Both the position numbers and the translations under genes were made by a program. The notes under the pieces were generated by a model that saw only the letters and a list, made by a program, of their open reading frames with translations, was not told where the DNA came from and did not search any database. A stretch of 64,000 nt of DNA from an uncultured virus (IMG/VR IMGVR_UViG_3300032291_003129) (taxonomy: Duplodnaviria > Heunggongvirae > Uroviricota > Caudoviricetes): IMG/VR virus record IMGVR_UViG_3300032291_003129; one strand, 5' to 3'. Positions 61,454 to 64,000 of the stretch are shown piece by piece (positions within the stretch are counted from its first letter, which is position 1; the number at the start of each line of letters is the position of its first letter).

Positions 61454-64000
61454 TGGCAACATCAAGAACTAAATATTTTTATCCACCTAGACCAGGAAGC
61501 GGTGCGGGTACATTTTCTGACAACATTGTAGGTTTACAAACCGTTGAAGGTGGTGGACTTACGCAAGGAAATTTTGAGTTTACTACAGGTGTTACTGAAA
61601 AAGTTAATAGAAAATTCAATGTAGGAGCGTTCTCGGAACCAATCTCATTGGATATGTTGAACATTGACAGTTTAGAGGAGAGTAGAAGAATTTTATCAAC
61701 TCAATTCAGAGTATATCCTAATTATGATGTCAGCCAAGTTCTGAATTTTTCAATGTATGGTTCATTGGCAAAAAGATTCAGTGTATCTATTACTCAAATC
61801 ATTAACTATTTTCCAGCGTCGTTAGATGTTGTTTTTAATAGTTCAGACTATACGACAGGAGACACTGCGATTAATATTTCATATGATGTTCAGAATGATG
61901 AAACTTACTTCCAAGTTAATGTTAATAGAATTAACAATCCGTTTGATATAGATTATTCTTTGAGTGCGGCAACAAATCTTTCTGCAAGAGAATTACAAGT
62001 TTCTCCTTACAGAGATTTATATGCAACTTACTTAGATTATTGTATTAGTATAAATGATAACATATATAATGTATTATCATTTGCACCATCTGATACTTTA
62101 TCTTCGGGTTACTTAACATTTTATGTTTCAGGTGCTCCATTTGGAACAACGGCAAGTACAATTAATGATGACTTCCAAATTAGACCAAATGATTTTATAG
62201 TTGATAAAGTATTTGCCGAGACGTTTAATGAAGTTGAAAAGTTTTTAGTTAATAGATTAATAAGACCTGAGTATACTGCAATATTTCAAGTACCTCAACA
62301 AAATGAATATGGTCAAGTATATACTGACTATCAACAAGTAACATGGCCAAAAAATGGACCTTGGAATTTAGATATTAGGTCTTTCTTATTTGATAGATAC
62401 TTGGAAGAAATTCAAGCAATTGCAATTAACTTAGATGAATTTAAAACCAATTTAATTTCAAGATTTTTAGTGACAGATTCATTAAAAGAATTTGATACTT
62501 TAGGGCATAAAGTAGAAAAAATATTCCAAATATATGGTAGAAGTTTTGACCAAATAAAACAATTCGTTGATGGATTGGCTTACATGACTTCGGTTAATTA
62601 TAATCCTTCAAATGATATCCCGTCAGAGTTATTGGTTAATTTGGCAAGAACTTTAGGTTGGTCATCAAATTTTTCACCAATAACTAATGAGGATTTCTTA
62701 GGGTCAGTCTTTGGTAATACAAATACTCCAACTTACCCTGGATATGCAAGAGCCTTAACACCAACGGAATTAAACTACTCGTTTTATAGAAATTTAATAT
62801 TAAATGCTTCTTATTTGTTTAAGTCAAAAGGAACAAGAAGGTCTATTGAATTTTTATTAAGATTGATAGGTGCGCCTGATTCATTGATTGAATTTAATGA
62901 ACATATTTATTTGGCTGACCAAAAAATTAATTTGGACCAATTCTATACTCAATGGGCTCAAATATCTGGTGGTACTTATGTTGAACAAAGTCCAAGTTAT
63001 TTGACCAATGACACATTTAAAGTTAAAGGGCAATTATTTACAGCATTTACTGCAACATCATCTTATCAAGATACAAGTATTAGATTAGTTGATTATCCTA
63101 TGGATATTGAAGGTTATCCAAAAGCGCCACTTAACACTGAAACTTATTTTTTCCAAATAGGTTCAGGTTGGTATGAAGAAACACCACAACATAGAAGCCC
63201 TGATGAAGTGGTAATTACTGGTGCGGTTTTTACAGGTCAAAACTTTGATATTCAAACACAATTAATGCCGTTTACTTATGGTCAAACATATTTGAATAGA
63301 TTTAGAAATTTTCCATATATGAATGAAGGTTTCAAACTTCAAAAAGTTGTGGATAATAATAAATCATGGTTACAAGACGATAATAAAATTAGAGTATCAA
63401 CACAAGGAGACTACAACGCTTATTATTATGTTGATAATGAGAAATTAGTTTTAAATGTCAAGAATGTTGATTTGTTTTTAAATCCTGCTCAAGGTATTGT
63501 TTACGATGTGTGGGATGAATCAAGAAGATATGACTATCCGATACCTGAATCAGGTTTAACGGTTGGATATCCCGTGCCAGGTGGTGTGGATTGGACATAT
63601 ATTAATCCTGAACCAAAGAAGAAAACATTCTTTGAGTTTTCTCAAACTTTTTGGGAGAATATGATTAATGTAAGAAACAGACAATACATTTCGGATGGTA
63701 AGACTGGAGGGTATCCAACACTTCAATCTATTTTTTGGAAATATATTGAATCTGAACAAACAGTGGGATTGCCAAACAATCAATATACATATCAAAAGTT
63801 AATTGACTATGTGAATGGTATTGGTCCTTATTGGTTAAAGTTAGTCGAACAAATGATGCCTGCAACTACCATTTGGCAAGGGGGAATAAAATTAGAAAAT
63901 AACGTATTCAACAAACAAAAATTTGTTTATAGAAGACAAAGAGGTTGTCAATTCATACCAGTTCCCGTTGACCCATGTTATATTATATCAAACATATTTG
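61453..64000 (+). CDS. 3'-truncated baseplate wedge-like protein (gp7/P2 gpI-like motif), not in ORF track
   Basis: ATG overlaps the previous TAA (TAATG). Begins MATSRTKYFYPP and the frame was open wherever checked, up to the window end. Contains LARTLGW and YLFKSKGTRRSIEFLLRLIG. Confidence 0.75.
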   Translation, partial: MATSRTKYFYPPRPGSGAGTFSDNIVGLQTVEGGGLTQGNFEFTTGVTEKVNRKFNVGAFSEPISLDMLNIDSLEESRRILSTQFRVYPNYDVSQVLNFSMYGSLAKRFSVSITQIINYFPASLDVVFNSSDYTTGDTAINISYDVQNDETYFQVNVNRINNPFDIDYSLSAATNLSARELQVSPYRDLYATYLDYCISINDNIYNVLSFAPSDTLSSGYLTFYVSGAPFGTTASTINDDFQIRPNDFIVDKVFAETFNEVEKFLVNRLIRPEYTAIFQVPQQNEYGQVYTDYQQVTWPKNGPWNLDIRSFLFDRYLEEIQAIAINLDEFKTNLISRFLVTDSLKEFDTLGHKVEKIFQIYGRSFDQIKQFVDGLAYMTSVNYNPSNDIPSELLVNLARTLGWSSNFSPITNEDFLGSVFGNTNTPTYPGYARALTPTELNYSFYRNLILNASYLFKSKGTRRSIEFLLRLIGAPDSLIEFNEHIYLADQKINLDQFYTQWAQISGGTYVEQSPSYLTNDTFKVKGQLFTAFTATSSYQDTSIRLVDYPMDIEGYPKAPLNTETYFFQIGSGWYEETPQHRSPDEVVITGAVFTGQNFDIQTQLMPFTYGQTYLNRFRNFPYMNEGFKLQKVVDNNKSWLQDDNKIRVSTQGDYNAYYYVDNEKLVLNVKNVDLFLNPAQGIVYDVWDESRRYDYPIPESGLTVGYPVPGGVDWTYINPEPKKKTFFEFSQTFWENMINVRNRQYISDGKTGGYPTLQSIFWKYIESEQTVGLPNNQYTYQKLIDYVNGIGPYWLKLVEQMMPATTIWQGGIKLENNVFNKQKFVYRRQRGCQFIPVPVDPCYIISNIF

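Noticed and set aside
5012..63795. Remaining short nested ORFs in the track (e.g. 22197..22565, 44610..44885, 50085..50462, 63556..63795)
   Set aside because: They lie within strongly supported genes on another frame or strand and have no recognisable motifs.
1..64000. Stop-codon reassignment as in some large phages
   Set aside because: Long genes are intact in the standard code, and TAG/TGA end genes at sensible places (19105, 24870, 42724).
1..64000. tRNA, rRNA or other structured RNA genes
   Set aside because: Intergenic spaces are short and AT-rich and no cloverleaf was recognised by eye. A tRNAscan/Infernal run would be needed to exclude them formally.

Overview
AT-rich, gene-dense 64-kb segment of a large T4-like/jumbo myovirus-type phage genome, read with the standard genetic code. 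All functional calls come from motif recognition and gene order, not database searches. From left to right: (i) Thr/Pro-rich mucin-like and (Gly-Thr-Ser)n collagen-like putative virion proteins, directly followed by four glycosyltransferase genes (GT60-like, GT25-like, two HtrL-like); (ii) family-B DNA polymerase; (iii) a minus-strand block with a neck protein, a Mn-SOD fused to a PD-(D/E)xK-like domain, and a SNF2 helicase; (iv) neck, tail sheath, tube, chaperone, tape measure and baseplate genes; (v) SSB, RecA/UvsX, 5'-3' exonuclease, DnaB-type helicase and class Ia RNR; (vi) further baseplate/structural genes with a free-standing HNH endonuclease. Items missing from the ORF track: the 5' extension of the first gene, a 53-aa RHH-like gene (19102..19263, minus), a +1-frame extension after the tail chaperone gene (candidate programmed frameshift), and the truncated last gene (61453..64000). 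The best candidates for novelty are a phage-encoded mucin-type O-glycosylation module, the SOD-nuclease-like fusion, the +1/-2 frameshift at TTT_TTT_CGT, and a strand-oriented TATTTAT(A) upstream motif that is the reverse complement of the T4 late promoter.
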